Part shown: positions 1 through 9,718 of the stretch, piece after piece
How positions within the stretch are numbered: position 1 is the first letter of the stretch
Layout: every line of letters starts with the position of its first letter
Assembly (NCBI RefSeq): GCF_003044035.1
Contig: NZ_NVQC01000038.1
Location: 1-32,000 of the forward strand
Reading direction: 5' to 3'
DNA: 32,000 nucleotides
Source of the DNA: Candidatus Methylomirabilis limnetica
GTDB lineage: Bacteria > Methylomirabilota > Methylomirabilia > Methylomirabilales > Methylomirabilaceae
Made by a program: the position numbers and the translations under genes
The notes under the pieces: generated by a model
The model's database searches: none
The model's input: the letters and a program-made list of their open reading frames with translations, nothing else
What the model was told of the DNA's origin: nothing

Positions 1-541
1 AGGCTCGGGTGTGGCCATCGAAGAACATCTCCTGTCGCTCGTACGGATAGGCCCGCACAAAGGGCATGCCCGAATAGCGCGATCGCATACAGAAGAGCTT
101 GACCTGCCGCTCCTCTCCTGCCATGCGGACCCAGGCAGCTCCCCAGTCGACTTCCGCCTCCTGCGCGAGCTCCGGGTCTAAGGGGATGACCGCTGTGACT
201 GTCGGCCATCCCAGCCGAGCCTTCTGCTCCCGCACCCATCGTCTAACTGTCGACTCCGCACCCGGAAAGGCATACTCTTCGACCAGTCGGGTCCAGATCC
301 GGTGCGCCGTGTGGCGATGCTTCTTGGGGGTCTCCTGATCCGTGCGGAGCCAGCCCTCGATGATGGCGGCGACCGAGTCCATCACCCGGGAGGCCGGTTC
401 GTGCCTCCTCCGGTACTTAGGCTCCCAGCCAGCTAGAACCTTGCGGATCGTTTTGCGTGTATGCCCAGTCTCCCGCGCGATCTGACGAATACTCTTCTGA
501 TACACCCGAGCGGCCGTCCTGATGAGCTCGTACTGATCCAT
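1..541 (-). CDS. istA: IS21-family transposase IstA, N-terminal part (continues beyond window start)
   Basis: Absent from the ORF track because its stop lies left of position 1. My translation of the minus strand from the ATG at 541..539 gives MDQYELIRTAARVYQKSIRQIARETGHTRKTIRKVLAGWEPKYRRRHEPASRVMDSVAAIIEGWLRTDQETPKKHRHTAHRIWTRLVEEYAFPGAESTVRRWVREQKARLG...KLFCMRSRYSGMPFVRAYPYERQEMFFDGH. This is open to the window edge and matches the HTH plus the start of the catalytic core typical of IstA. Confidence 0.85.
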   Translation of the reverse strand, partial: MDQYELIRTAARVYQKSIRQIARETGHTRKTIRKVLAGWEPKYRRRHEPASRVMDSVAAIIEGWLRTDQETPKKHRHTAHRIWTRLVEEYAFPGAESTVRRWVREQKARLGWPTVTAVIPLDPELAQEAEVDWGAAWVRMAGEERQVKLFCMRSRYSGMPFVRAYPYERQEMFFDGHTRA

Positions 542-677
542 CCCTAGCACTCCTCTCCCTCCCTGTCTCTGGTGTGGTCTTGCTCGAACACACGAGAAAC
601 AGCGAGCGTATCAGAGTGGGCTCCTTTTGCTCGATCATTGCCGTGTTAGGTGGGTCCCTTTTACTCTAGCGAAATCA
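1..677 (-). mobile_element. IS21-family insertion sequence, istA-proximal end (rest outside window)
   Basis: About 135 nt of non-coding leader lies upstream of istA. The minus-strand sequence starting at 677 reads TGATTTCGCTAGAG..., and a 5'-TG terminus is usual for IS21 ends. The adjacent GT2 reading frame loses family similarity exactly at this point. The exact terminus is inferred. Confidence 0.55.
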
Positions 678-963
678 TATTAAGAGCAACCGGGGTAATT
701 TTTTTCGGATTATTCAACAGCCTGATAAATGCATAGTCATGAGCATAGCTCTGCACAGTCATCCGGGTCTCGTCCTCACTTATCCCATCGACCACCAGTA
801 CCTCAAGGCGATCCTTAGGGTAATCATTGGCAACGATGGAATCGAGGCATTTGCCGATCAACTGTCCCTCGTTCCGGCAAGGAATGACGATAGAGACTTT
901 GGGAAGATCACTCAAAGACCAGTATCCTACACTGTTGGAAGTTCGACGAAACCATCTACCCAA
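661..963 (-). pseudogene. Family-2 glycosyltransferase, only the N-terminal ~95 aa, truncated by the IS21 insertion
   Basis: The 100-aa ORF carries the GT2 N-terminal signature KVSIVIPCRNEGQLIGKCLDSIVANDYPKDRLEVLVVDGISEDETR...NPKKITPVALN and then runs into IS-derived codons (MISLE-stop). Normal GT2 enzymes are about 250-330 aa. Confidence 0.7.
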
Positions 964-2191
964 TCCCGCCGAAGCCTTCCATGAGTGTTACGAGCCGCTC
1001 AGCCACCGTTCGGATATTGAAATCGGCTGAAACCCTAGCGAATCCAGTTTCAACTAAGCTTTCCGAATAGGCGGAGTCCTCCATAACTAACTGGATAGCG
1101 TCGGCCAGAGCCCCCGCGTCGGCCGGCTTGACAAGGACTCCAGCGCCGTCGCCAAGCAGCTCAGGAATTTCCCCGGTGGTCGTTGAGATCGTCGGCACTC
1201 TATGCGCCAAAGCCTCCACCAACACATTTGGAATCCCTTCGCGCTCGCCGTTCATCGTGTGTATGCTGGGAAGGACAACTAGATCGATCTCTCGGCGTCG
1301 GAGCATACGAATGACCTCGTCGTGCGGGATGGCGCCCCATAACCGTACACATTCGTGCAGTCCATACTCGCGCACTAAGGCTTCGAGGCTTTCCCGGAGG
1401 GGTCCATCACCCACGATGTGACAGATGAAACGCCAGCCCCGCTGCTGGAGCAATCGACAGGCCTCAATTAAGTAACAGTGCCCCTTCTTTTCTACAAGGT
1501 TTGCCATGCATCCAATCGAGAACTCCCGATCGCTCCTGAGACATAGTGCGCCTCCATCCTCCAGTACTTCAGTGCCCGTGTGGATGGTGAAAAGAGTCTG
1601 GCACTCCCTTACCCCAGTAATGTCAAGAATCTCGTTCTGACCACCAAGCGAAGCGACGCGAGCGAAGCTAGCAGATAGGAGCTTAGCGCGGAGGAGGTTA
1701 TCCTCGGCAATATCCCAACGGTAGGCAGTAAAGCTCCATGACACTCCTGTAAGACGAGAGACTACGAGGGCCATGGTGGCGGGCACCGATGCCCAATGGG
1801 CGTGGATATGATGAGCCCCGAATTGCCGAATGAGTCTGGCGACGTACACAGCTTTAGGAAACACTGCAAGGTTTTTCATCAATACGCGAAAGCTTGTTGC
1901 GCCCTTGATGATTTCCGCGAACGCCTGCCCCACACGTCTTGGCGACCAGAGGGTCGCGGCGGCCACGTAGCCCAGAATCATGGGGTTGATCACCGGTAGC
2001 CGAATCGTATACTGACCTATCCTACGGGCCAACTCGCCATGAAAAAGTGCAGAACCTGGCCGGACCGGAATTACAAGGACGGCCTCGACCAGGCGCCGAA
2101 GCTCGGCGATCTCCGTCAACACGAACGACTCGCTCTTCCCCCATGGGGCCTGAGAGGTGAACACAGCAACTCGAAGCTGAGAGATGGCCAT
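956..2191 (-). CDS. Glycosyltransferase, GT4 family (WcaL-like)
   Basis: 411-aa ORF with ATG at 2191. It has the C-terminal GT-B motif region EREGIPNVLVEALAHRVPTISTTTGEIPELLGDGAGVLVKP. Confidence 0.85.
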   Translation of the reverse strand: MAISQLRVAVFTSQAPWGKSESFVLTEIAELRRLVEAVLVIPVRPGSALFHGELARRIGQYTIRLPVINPMILGYVAAATLWSPRRVGQAFAEIIKGATSFRVLMKNLAVFPKAVYVARLIRQFGAHHIHAHWASVPATMALVVSRLTGVSWSFTAYRWDIAEDNLLRAKLLSASFARVASLGGQNEILDITGVRECQTLFTIHTGTEVLEDGGALCLRSDREFSIGCMANLVEKKGHCYLIEACRLLQQRGWRFICHIVGDGPLRESLEALVREYGLHECVRLWGAIPHDEVIRMLRRREIDLVVLPSIHTMNGEREGIPNVLVEALAHRVPTISTTTGEIPELLGDGAGVLVKPADAGALADAIQLVMEDSAYSESLVETGFARVSADFNIRTVAERLVTLMEGFGGIG

Positions 2192-2205
2192 CCCCGGTGC
2201 TCCAA

Positions 2206-3339
2206 CTAGCCAGGCCGAAGGTCGGGAAGACCCCGACTCCGCAATACTGAGTTGTAGAGGGCAACGGTCTGGTCAATCATCACGGAGATCGAAAAGCGAG
2301 ATTGGACGTACTCGCGTCCGTGCCTCCCACACTGGCCTTGAAAATCCCTATCGCTTAGCATGCGAATAACGCGGTCAACGAGCGTTGGCACATCACGCGG
2401 CGGTACTATGTATCCCGTAACCCCATCCGCGAGCAACTCACCAACGCCTCCCACATTGGTGGCTACAGTGGGAACGCCTGCCGCGAACGCCTCGAGAATG
2501 ACGTTGGGGAGGCCCTCCCAGTCCGATGTCAGGACCAGGAGGTCGATCACACCAAGGATACGAGGCACGTCGTTCCGAACTCCAGCAAATCGGACAGATT
2601 TGTCGATTTCAAGATTGCGAGCCTGCTCGCCAAGTGTTGCCCGCAACGGTCCGTCCCCAACCAATAAGAACCCGCACCTGAGACCGCTGCGGAGAACGGC
2701 CTGAGCCATCTCAAGAAACAATCCAGGGTTCTTCTGGGGAACAAGACGACCGATGAACCCCACCACATATTCGAACTCCCCTAATCCGAGTTCCCGGCGC
2801 ATCGTGTGCATTTCGGGCCCCAGAAGCGCATGAGAGGCCGGGACCCCGTTATAGATGACGTCGATCTTCAGTGGATCCAACCCTTCAGTATGGATAAGGT
2901 AGTCTCGAATGGCATCGGCGTTCACGACTACTCGATCCGTCACCCATGACAGTATTCGGTCTAACACATTTGCAAAGCTGCCTCGTTCAATTTCAATATT
3001 CCGTTCGCTAGATATACGGATTGGGACGCCGGCTAGGTATGCAGCCACTCGCCCCCAGTAACCCGCCGTCCTGAGATACGTATGCACAATGACTGGACGC
3101 TCACGCCGAAACAAGGTCACAAGGCGCGGGATGAGCAAGGTGTCTATCCCTGGGCGCTTGGGACAGAGAACGGTTTGCACTCCAACCAGACGCTCGAACT
3201 CCGGCTGCAATCCAATGTCGGACTCGGAAAGAGAGACTACGGTCACGTCCGCAAGCCGGGCGATGCTTTCAGCCAGATAAAGGAGCTGTCGCTCTGCACC
3301 TCCCATACCTAGGCCGCCGATGATATACAGGATCTTCAT
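2206..3339 (-). CDS. Glycosyltransferase, GT4 family
   Basis: 377 aa. It has MKILYIIGGLGMGGAERQ at the N-terminus and SDWEGLPNVILEAFAAGVPTVATNVGGVGELLADGVTGYIVPP in the C-terminal half. Its start overlaps the upstream stop as ATGA (3336-3339). Confidence 0.9.
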   Translation of the reverse strand: MKILYIIGGLGMGGAERQLLYLAESIARLADVTVVSLSESDIGLQPEFERLVGVQTVLCPKRPGIDTLLIPRLVTLFRRERPVIVHTYLRTAGYWGRVAAYLAGVPIRISSERNIEIERGSFANVLDRILSWVTDRVVVNADAIRDYLIHTEGLDPLKIDVIYNGVPASHALLGPEMHTMRRELGLGEFEYVVGFIGRLVPQKNPGLFLEMAQAVLRSGLRCGFLLVGDGPLRATLGEQARNLEIDKSVRFAGVRNDVPRILGVIDLLVLTSDWEGLPNVILEAFAAGVPTVATNVGGVGELLADGVTGYIVPPRDVPTLVDRVIRMLSDRDFQGQCGRHGREYVQSRFSISVMIDQTVALYNSVLRSRGLPDLRPG

Positions 3340-4694
3340 CCAAGTACCACGTCCTCACTGTTATCAGGTTTCCGTACCGCCGCGGCAAGCGCTAACAGTA
3401 TCCAGAGAACCTTTGAGTACTCCAAGCTCGCGAACAGTCCACCGAACAGGAGAGCCGTATTCCCTAACTCCGCACTGTTGGCAAAGGCTGTCCCGAATCT
3501 TGTCCCCAACAAGCTCAGTCGTTGGCGACCTCTGACCGCCACAAAGCTCGTGGCGAGAAATCCTAGGAATGCGATAAGACCGATTATACCCGTCTCGGCG
3601 AACACCGAGACGTACATATTATGCGCCCCGCGGGCTTCCACCGTACGCAGATTGGCGTAAGTCGCAATATGGCGGTTGAATTGTCCAAGGCCAACACCAG
3701 TTAAGGGATGATCCAGACCCATCTGGACGCCCGCTCTGTAGTAAAGAAGCCGCGTCGGAATTGACCCCTCCCGTAGCTGTGTCCCGGATAGGGCGATCCG
3801 GATAGTGTCGATGCGATCGTAGAAACCCTCTGGCGCCAACACGAAAGCCGCAAGGATGACCACAACCAGAGCCACTTTGGGCCGAACTCCGCCAGATCGC
3901 AAGAACAGTAAGTAGTACAAAAGTACAGCCACAGCGGCGACGAAAGCCCCACGCGAGAATGAGAGTAAGATACTGTAGGCAATCGGGCCCAAGGCAAGCC
4001 ACATAGCAAACCTCAGCCAGCCTGCTGATAATGATCCGAAAACAGGTGCGATCAGGCAGAGCAGGACGAGTTGGATGATACCAAATCGGTTCGCATTTCC
4101 AATCGTGCCTCCGACTCGCGCCATGTTCTCGAAGTGAAATTGATATATCGCGAACCCTGCGTTCACCAAGCTACTGAGAACGAACACCATGAGAAGATAC
4201 TTGAATTCTCCCTCGCCGCGCACAAAATCAATGACGAGAAAGAACATAATTAGAAGCTGTACATAGGTAAATAAAACTGTCAAGCTTTCGGAAATATCTT
4301 GTGAGGCGAAGATCGAAACGCCAAGTGAAAGCATAAATAGGAAAGCCCAGACCAGCATGGGAGCCTTCGCCATCTTCAAGGGCATTCCACGAAAAGCCAG
4401 ATCAATCAATCGCCGAAAGACAATCACAAGTCCCAGAATTCTCACCGGAGTCAATTGAGACGCATCTTCAAAAGTGAGCTCGCCGATTAGATTCAGAAAG
4501 ATAAATTGGAGCACGCCGAAGGGGTAGAAGATAAAGCTCAACACTAGATCCAGTCCAGCTAGAAACCAATAAATCCCATCTTGACGAGAGAGGCTGCTCA
4601 TCAGCCATAACCCAACGGTGGCAGCGCCAATGGTTGCACCCAGCCACACGGCAGTACGATTAGGGCGCCCCAACACTTCTGTCCTTTGAAACAT
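3336..4694 (-). CDS. O-antigen ligase / Wzy-like polysaccharide polymerase family membrane protein
   Basis: 452 aa with many hydrophobic segments. It contains a Wzy_C-like region (SFSRGAFVAAVAVLLYYLL) followed by a long loop and GLDHPLTGVGLGQF. The start shares one nucleotide with the upstream stop (TGATG at 4692-4696). Confidence 0.8.
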   Translation of the reverse strand: MFQRTEVLGRPNRTAVWLGATIGAATVGLWLMSSLSRQDGIYWFLAGLDLVLSFIFYPFGVLQFIFLNLIGELTFEDASQLTPVRILGLVIVFRRLIDLAFRGMPLKMAKAPMLVWAFLFMLSLGVSIFASQDISESLTVLFTYVQLLIMFFLVIDFVRGEGEFKYLLMVFVLSSLVNAGFAIYQFHFENMARVGGTIGNANRFGIIQLVLLCLIAPVFGSLSAGWLRFAMWLALGPIAYSILLSFSRGAFVAAVAVLLYYLLFLRSGGVRPKVALVVVILAAFVLAPEGFYDRIDTIRIALSGTQLREGSIPTRLLYYRAGVQMGLDHPLTGVGLGQFNRHIATYANLRTVEARGAHNMYVSVFAETGIIGLIAFLGFLATSFVAVRGRQRLSLLGTRFGTAFANSAELGNTALLFGGLFASLEYSKVLWILLALAAAVRKPDNSEDVVLG

Positions 4695-6004
4695 CAGATA
4701 CTCCCGGTCGTCAACCCATCCCCCGTCACTGTGTTCAGGATAGCTGCAAACTTCCTAGCCATCTCCAGATGGGTGTAGCGTGAAATCGCAGTTTCATCCC
4801 CCGCGTAGGAGACGCACCCCAACTGCTGATACTCTTTGTAGGCTTTAATCAGAACCGCCTGCAAATCTGCCCTCGACCTGACATGAACTCCGGCGCTGGT
4901 TTCACGCAAGAGATCGGACACCACTCCGACTGGACCTCCTAGGGCGATAATCGGTCTTCTCGAACCCAGATACTCAAATGCCTTCGCGGGGTAATGACCA
5001 ACGAGTTCTGGGGCGTCGGGACCGATCAACAACAGAAGTAGCTGGGACTCTTGCTGACGCACAAGTGCATCGGCTCGCGGTATCAGCCCGCAGATCTCCA
5101 CAACGTCGCTCAGCCCGCAGCGCTCGACTAAGGCAGGTAACCACCAAGACCCCGGTGGACCATAAAACCGTATCCGCGTCTCCGATCGAGAAATAACCCC
5201 TGCCCTTATCAGATCTGCAATCACCTCCAGGAGTAAAGTGGGGTCTCGCTTGCCTTGGTAAAGTTCCCCGGTATGCGAGATAGAAAAGGTCGTTGTGAGC
5301 TTGTGCGCTCTCGGCGCGAATTCGTCAGGGTCAAAACCGTTGGTGATCCAGTGGATAGGCTGCTCTCTGAACTTCTGTCTGAGGAGTTCTGCCCACGGAG
5401 CAGAGACAGTGACAAGGGCATCCGCAGGACTAACAGTCTTTCTCTCTAAACGCCCCTCTACCGCGCGGCGGATCCGCCCGCCAGCATAGTAATGGTGTTG
5501 CGTCCAGAGATCTCGGAAGTCTGCGACCCACGGGCATTTGAGGGTATCCTTGGCTCTTCGGCCAATCAGGTGACAAGAGGGAGGATACGCTGAACTCAGG
5601 ATCGCATCCACCTTTTCACTTCGACCAAAGTTTTGGATTGCCTCGACCGCGAAGGGAATCCACCCCTTCTTTGGATCAGGATAGGCAATAACTGCCTCCA
5701 TCCAGTTAAGAACTCGATTGTGAAGGCGCTTGGATTCTGAAATAGAGGAGACGTGGAGCTTAAGCTGCTCATGGAGTCCGCGAGAGACATCCAGTCCAAG
5801 TCTTGCCTTCCACGCTCCCACGACATCTCGATACTCTGTCTGGATGACTCTCGCTGAGGGCCGCGGACCATCGGGGAGCCTCGGGGTCACGATAATGGGT
5901 TCCCAGCCAAATTGAGGGAGGTACTTGGCAAGCCCGCCAAGTCGCACAGACCCGATCGCGGGGCGTGGAGGGTAAGCGTAGCTGATTAACAGAACCCGCC
6001 TCAT
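4694..6004 (-). CDS. Glycosyltransferase (GT4-like)
   Basis: 436 aa. The N-terminus MRRVLLISYAYPPRPAIGSVRLGGLAKYLPQFGWEPIIVTP matches a GT4 N-domain, and the C-terminal half contains YPAKAFEYLGSRRPIIALG. Confidence 0.75.
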   Translation of the reverse strand: MRRVLLISYAYPPRPAIGSVRLGGLAKYLPQFGWEPIIVTPRLPDGPRPSARVIQTEYRDVVGAWKARLGLDVSRGLHEQLKLHVSSISESKRLHNRVLNWMEAVIAYPDPKKGWIPFAVEAIQNFGRSEKVDAILSSAYPPSCHLIGRRAKDTLKCPWVADFRDLWTQHHYYAGGRIRRAVEGRLERKTVSPADALVTVSAPWAELLRQKFREQPIHWITNGFDPDEFAPRAHKLTTTFSISHTGELYQGKRDPTLLLEVIADLIRAGVISRSETRIRFYGPPGSWWLPALVERCGLSDVVEICGLIPRADALVRQQESQLLLLLIGPDAPELVGHYPAKAFEYLGSRRPIIALGGPVGVVSDLLRETSAGVHVRSRADLQAVLIKAYKEYQQLGCVSYAGDETAISRYTHLEMARKFAAILNTVTGDGLTTGSI

Positions 6005-6158
6005 GAAACCTTTCCGCCGTCAAGACCCGGACCGGACTGAACTAACGCCAGGCAGAGATCTTCGACTCGGCCGACCGAAGGGGAAGCCATGCGGTGCCGA
6101 AAAAAGTCATCACATTACATCCTTACTTTTGCATGCGACATGAAAATCGACTGGACGA

Positions 6159-7088
6159 TTACGCTATGCCTCTTAGAATCTTATAATATTTCTCAGCTTC
6201 CACATTAGTATGGCAAACATGAATCTCCTCTCTTTCTAAGAGAGAATCAAGAACTTCCCGCCAGAACCCCATCGCTTGATTAGAAAAATTACCGATATGA
6301 GTCATATAGCTATGAATAGGCGGCGACATGAACTTTCTTCGATGTCTTAAATTGTAGTAAAGACTTCTAGGATATATTGCCTTTTTTGCCGAATCCGCAT
6401 TAATAAGAACAAGCCTTCCATCACTTCTCCTTCTCATAACTCCTTTATCAAGATTGATATCAGCATGATAAATTTCCATCACAGATGTTCGTGGAAGGAA
6501 GGAAAGAAATTGAGAATCCATCCACCGATATGATCTCTCGTTAAATTTTAGTTCGGAAACAGAAATGAGGTACTTTATTCCATATTCACTAAGTATTTTA
6601 TCAGTAACACCCAGCTGCCAAGCATGACCAGGCGGAACAAAAACCTCCGGTTTAGAAAGGAATAACGATTCAATTATTTGGAAACTTGTCTGGATATGAA
6701 ACCGTTGAATATTATACGGCACATTTGAATTTGTATATGTATCGAAGAATTCAATTGGTTTGTTTTTATACTCATGAGTCAGTCCGTGATAACCGAATTC
6801 AATGCACTCTGTATTTTCCTTAAGCAAAGCTATAAGCTCTTCCGCATAGGGCAGAGGGGAAGACTCTGGCGCAATATGATTCACGTCCAAATACTTCATA
6901 GTAAAACACAGAGGGATTCGCATCTTATATTGCTTGGCGAGACTCAACACATTGCAGTAAAAGTCCATAGTAATTTTCGCACTATCTCTCTCTGGGTTTA
7001 CGCATGGAAATCCTGCATCATCTACTATGATGAAAAATGGCCATTTTTTTCCGAATAAAATATTCAATAAGCATCTCCCTATTCTCAA
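6159..7088 (-). CDS. Hypothetical protein, possibly deacetylase-superfamily (DUF2334/CE4-like); AT-rich gene
   Basis: 309-aa ORF in a visibly AT-rich block. The motifs FFIIVDDAGF, GYHGLTHE and VPPGHAW resemble the metal-binding and catalytic motifs of polysaccharide deacetylase-like folds. The start in the track is a TTG, so the start is uncertain, and the functional call is weak. Confidence 0.5.
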   Translation of the reverse strand: MRIGRCLLNILFGKKWPFFIIVDDAGFPCVNPERDSAKITMDFYCNVLSLAKQYKMRIPLCFTMKYLDVNHIAPESSPLPYAEELIALLKENTECIEFGYHGLTHEYKNKPIEFFDTYTNSNVPYNIQRFHIQTSFQIIESLFLSKPEVFVPPGHAWQLGVTDKILSEYGIKYLISVSELKFNERSYRWMDSQFLSFLPRTSVMEIYHADINLDKGVMRRRSDGRLVLINADSAKKAIYPRSLYYNLRHRRKFMSPPIHSYMTHIGNFSNQAMGFWREVLDSLLEREEIHVCHTNVEAEKYYKILRGIA

Positions 7089-7137
7089 TACTTATAAGGA
7101 TTTGCCCCACAACATCTCTACGCCGTCAACCCCGGTC

Positions 7138-8244
7138 TCACGACCTCGCCAGCGCCCGATATAGCTCTTCCATCTTGCGCATGTTGGTAATATGGTCTGC
7201 CCTCTCTACCGCGATCTTTTCACTTCGAGCGCCAAACTCCTGACGAGCAACCTGGTCCTTGATAAGGCGAAGCAAGGCGTTCGCTAGAGCCTCCGCGTCA
7301 CCTCGAGGAACAACCCAGCCGTTCCACCCATCCTTGATCCACTCGAGGTTTGACGGCGCATCACTTACCACGGCGGGTAGAGCTGCAGCCATAGCCTCCA
7401 ACAAGGAGACAGAAGTGGTATCAGATTGAGGCACAGATACATACACTTGTGCCCCTCCGTAGCATTCCTCCAACTCTTCGTGGGCCAAGTCACCGATGAA
7501 ACGAACATGCTTCTCCACGTCGAGATTCCTCGCCAGCGATTCGAACTGAGCCTGAAGGCTGCCGCCTCCGATGAACACAAAATACACATCCCGCCGGATT
7601 CTAGAAAGAATCTTCGGGATAGCTCGTATAACCGTGTCTAGGTTATAGATCGGCTCAAAGCGCCGCGTACTCAGCACCACCAGCGCATCCCGCGGTACTC
7701 CCGCGAGTTGACGTAAGCAGCCGCTTCCCCGTAGCGAGTGGATGCGTTCCACGTTGACTCCCCACTGAATCAATGCAACGCGGTCTTCCGAAACGCCGAG
7801 TGCCACCACCGCTCGCTTCAGGTCCTCTGAGTCCACAGTCACGAGATCGCAACGGCGCAGCCGCCAGCGCGTCACCCACCAGCGGAAGCGGGATTTGGTG
7901 GGACCCACCAGGATATCAGACCCCCATGATGTCAGCACGAGTGGGTGCCTGCGAAAGTAGGCTGCGTACCCTCCTGACCAGGAAACACAGTGGCCATGCA
8001 CTATATCCGGATTGACTACGCGTAGGATTTCTCGCACCTTCTTCCAACGCCGAATGAACCTCACAGGCCCTGGAATCATCCCCTTGACGTTCATGTCGTG
8101 AACCACTACGCCCGGAATCGCACGCCCAGCGTCTACATCCGTCGTGGCCAAATGGACATCATGGCCCATGCGTACAAATGCCGATAGCCACCGAATAGTA
8201 TGAATGCTCTTTGGGGGCGCAAAGTAGAAGAGGCGAAGCTTCAT
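7138..8244 (-). CDS. Glycosyltransferase, GT4 family
   Basis: 368 aa. It has MKLRLFYFAPPKSIHTIRWLSAFVRMGHDVHLAT at the N-terminus and VSVPQSDTTSVSLLEAMAAALPAVVSDAPSNLEWIKDGWNGWVVP in the C-terminal half. Confidence 0.85.
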   Translation of the reverse strand: MKLRLFYFAPPKSIHTIRWLSAFVRMGHDVHLATTDVDAGRAIPGVVVHDMNVKGMIPGPVRFIRRWKKVREILRVVNPDIVHGHCVSWSGGYAAYFRRHPLVLTSWGSDILVGPTKSRFRWWVTRWRLRRCDLVTVDSEDLKRAVVALGVSEDRVALIQWGVNVERIHSLRGSGCLRQLAGVPRDALVVLSTRRFEPIYNLDTVIRAIPKILSRIRRDVYFVFIGGGSLQAQFESLARNLDVEKHVRFIGDLAHEELEECYGGAQVYVSVPQSDTTSVSLLEAMAAALPAVVSDAPSNLEWIKDGWNGWVVPRGDAEALANALLRLIKDQVARQEFGARSEKIAVERADHITNMRKMEELYRALARS

Positions 8245-8294
8245 AGCTCACCCTGGTGCAGCAGAGACATCTTCAATGGCACATCCGTCATTAC

Positions 8295-9718
8295 GAGTCA
8301 ATCCCATTCTTAGTTGACAATGCGAAGCGGCCTCCCATGTCTCTTACGCCACATGCTCTTGCCGTTGGGTGCTCGAGGCAATCTCCCGTTGAAGCGCAGC
8401 GCGCAGCGGTGGCAGGTGCCGGTAGCCCTTGATCCGGTGCAGACGCGGCTCGATGGTCAGCAGCGCAGAGGCCACCCAGCGGTGCTTCTGCTCGGAGTTG
8501 CGCCACCGATCACCCTTATCGGTGTAGGCCCCGAGCTGCGCATTGAGCGACTCGATGCCGTTCGTCGTCTTCAGGCTGATGCCCAGGGAGCGGAACAGGC
8601 CCAGATGATGCAGGGTGAGCGTCTCATCCAAGCCTTCGTCGAGGCTTGTGACCGCCGAGGCGTTCAGGAGCCGCAGTTCGGTCCGAAGGCTGAGCAGCGC
8701 CGCCTTCGCCAGGACAGAGGTCGGTTGCTCGTAGGCCGCCTGGAGCGTGCGGCGCCAGAGCGTGCGCTGGCTCTTCGGGAGGTACGCCACACTGTTCTCT
8801 CGCGTATGCCATTGACACCGCTGCACGAGGGCCTGAGACCCGAAGACCGTCAGCAATCGCTGTGCGCAGCCCCTTGGGTCGATGACGCAGAGCAGACCTT
8901 GCTCGATCTGCAGGCCCCGCTCGATCAGCGCCCGGAGCAAGGCTGCGCAGACCCGTTCGTTCTCGGTCGCGGTTTGCACAAAGCCGAGGATGACCTTCTC
9001 CCCGGTCACCGTAATCCCCAGGGCGATGACGATCTCGTCCTCCGCGAAGGTCTTGCCATCGAGCAGCAGGGCAATGACGTCATAGCCGTCCAGCGTGCGC
9101 TCACGGAAGGGCCTGCAGATGCTTGGCGCTCTATCGGATGACCCTCCGGGAGACGGTCGAGGGACTGAGGCCAAATGCCTCGGGCACCGCCTCTGCGCAG
9201 ATCTCATACTGGCGACAGGACAGGCCGTGCAGGATCGTCCGAAAGAGCCCGGCATCCGCGGCCCGTGGCTGCTCGCAACTGCTGGGAGGTACGCAGCGGG
9301 ATCTCTGTGCGCCGCAGCCGATCCCGGACTCGCTGATAGGTGATCGGGAGTGTCTGATCGAGCAGGGAGACCGACCCGCGCTGGTGGGAGCACCGGACGG
9401 CCCCTGGGAGGCTGCGGCTGCGCTGGTACCACTCGCCTGTCAGCGCAGTGACCTCAGCCTTCAAGGTCTCTGCTACGGCCTGAAGCCCCAGGGGGATGAG
9501 CGCTTGGATCAGCGCAATCTTGGCATTCAGATCCTCGAGTGCGGGCACCTTGCTCAGCGCTTGCAGGCCCACGTCTTTGACCTTGCCTTGTCCCTGAATT
9601 CGCATGACTCTTTCATGGAGCGGCTCCTTTTGTCGTGCGGTTGTGGGGTGTCTTTGCCAACACCACTTCATCACGCAGGAGCCACTTCGTCAATTCTCAA
9701 CTAAGAATAGCACACCTT
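8295..9718 (-). mobile_element. Decayed IS256 (Mutator)-family insertion sequence
   Basis: Imperfect inverted repeats are present: 8306-8340 ATTCTTAGTTGAcAATgcGAAGcGGCcTCC against the reverse complement of 9675-9708 ATTCTTAGTTGAgAATtgacGAAGtGGCTCC. A 9-bp direct repeat CGTCATTAC sits at 8286-8294 and 9719-9727. The interior is a broken transposase gene. Confidence 0.75.
8344..9674 (-). pseudogene. IS256-family transposase, disrupted by frameshifts and an in-frame stop
   Basis: Family-like sequence is split over three frames. The first frame gives ALIQALIPLGLQAVAETLKAEVTALTGEWYQR...TEIPLRTSQQL. The second gives DAGLFRTILHGLSCRQYEICAEAVPEAFGLSPSTVSRRVIR, then TAG at 9131-9133, then SAKHLQA. 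The third gives FRERTLDGYDVIALLLDGKTFAEDEIVIALGITVTGEKVILGFVQTATENE...QRCQWH...TTNGIESLN. There is also a local double frameshift around 8845-8880, where KGLRTAIAD is readable only out of frame. Confidence 0.8.

Noticed and set aside
417-638. 73-aa minus-strand ORF from the track
   Set aside because: It overlaps the 5' end and leader of the IS21 istA gene in a different frame and has no recognisable features. The istA frame is clearly the real one.
8314-9141. 275-aa plus-strand ORF
   Set aside because: It is antisense to the recognisable IS256-family transposase remnant. It is Arg/Leu/Gln-rich with no family-like motifs, which is a typical high-GC shadow ORF.
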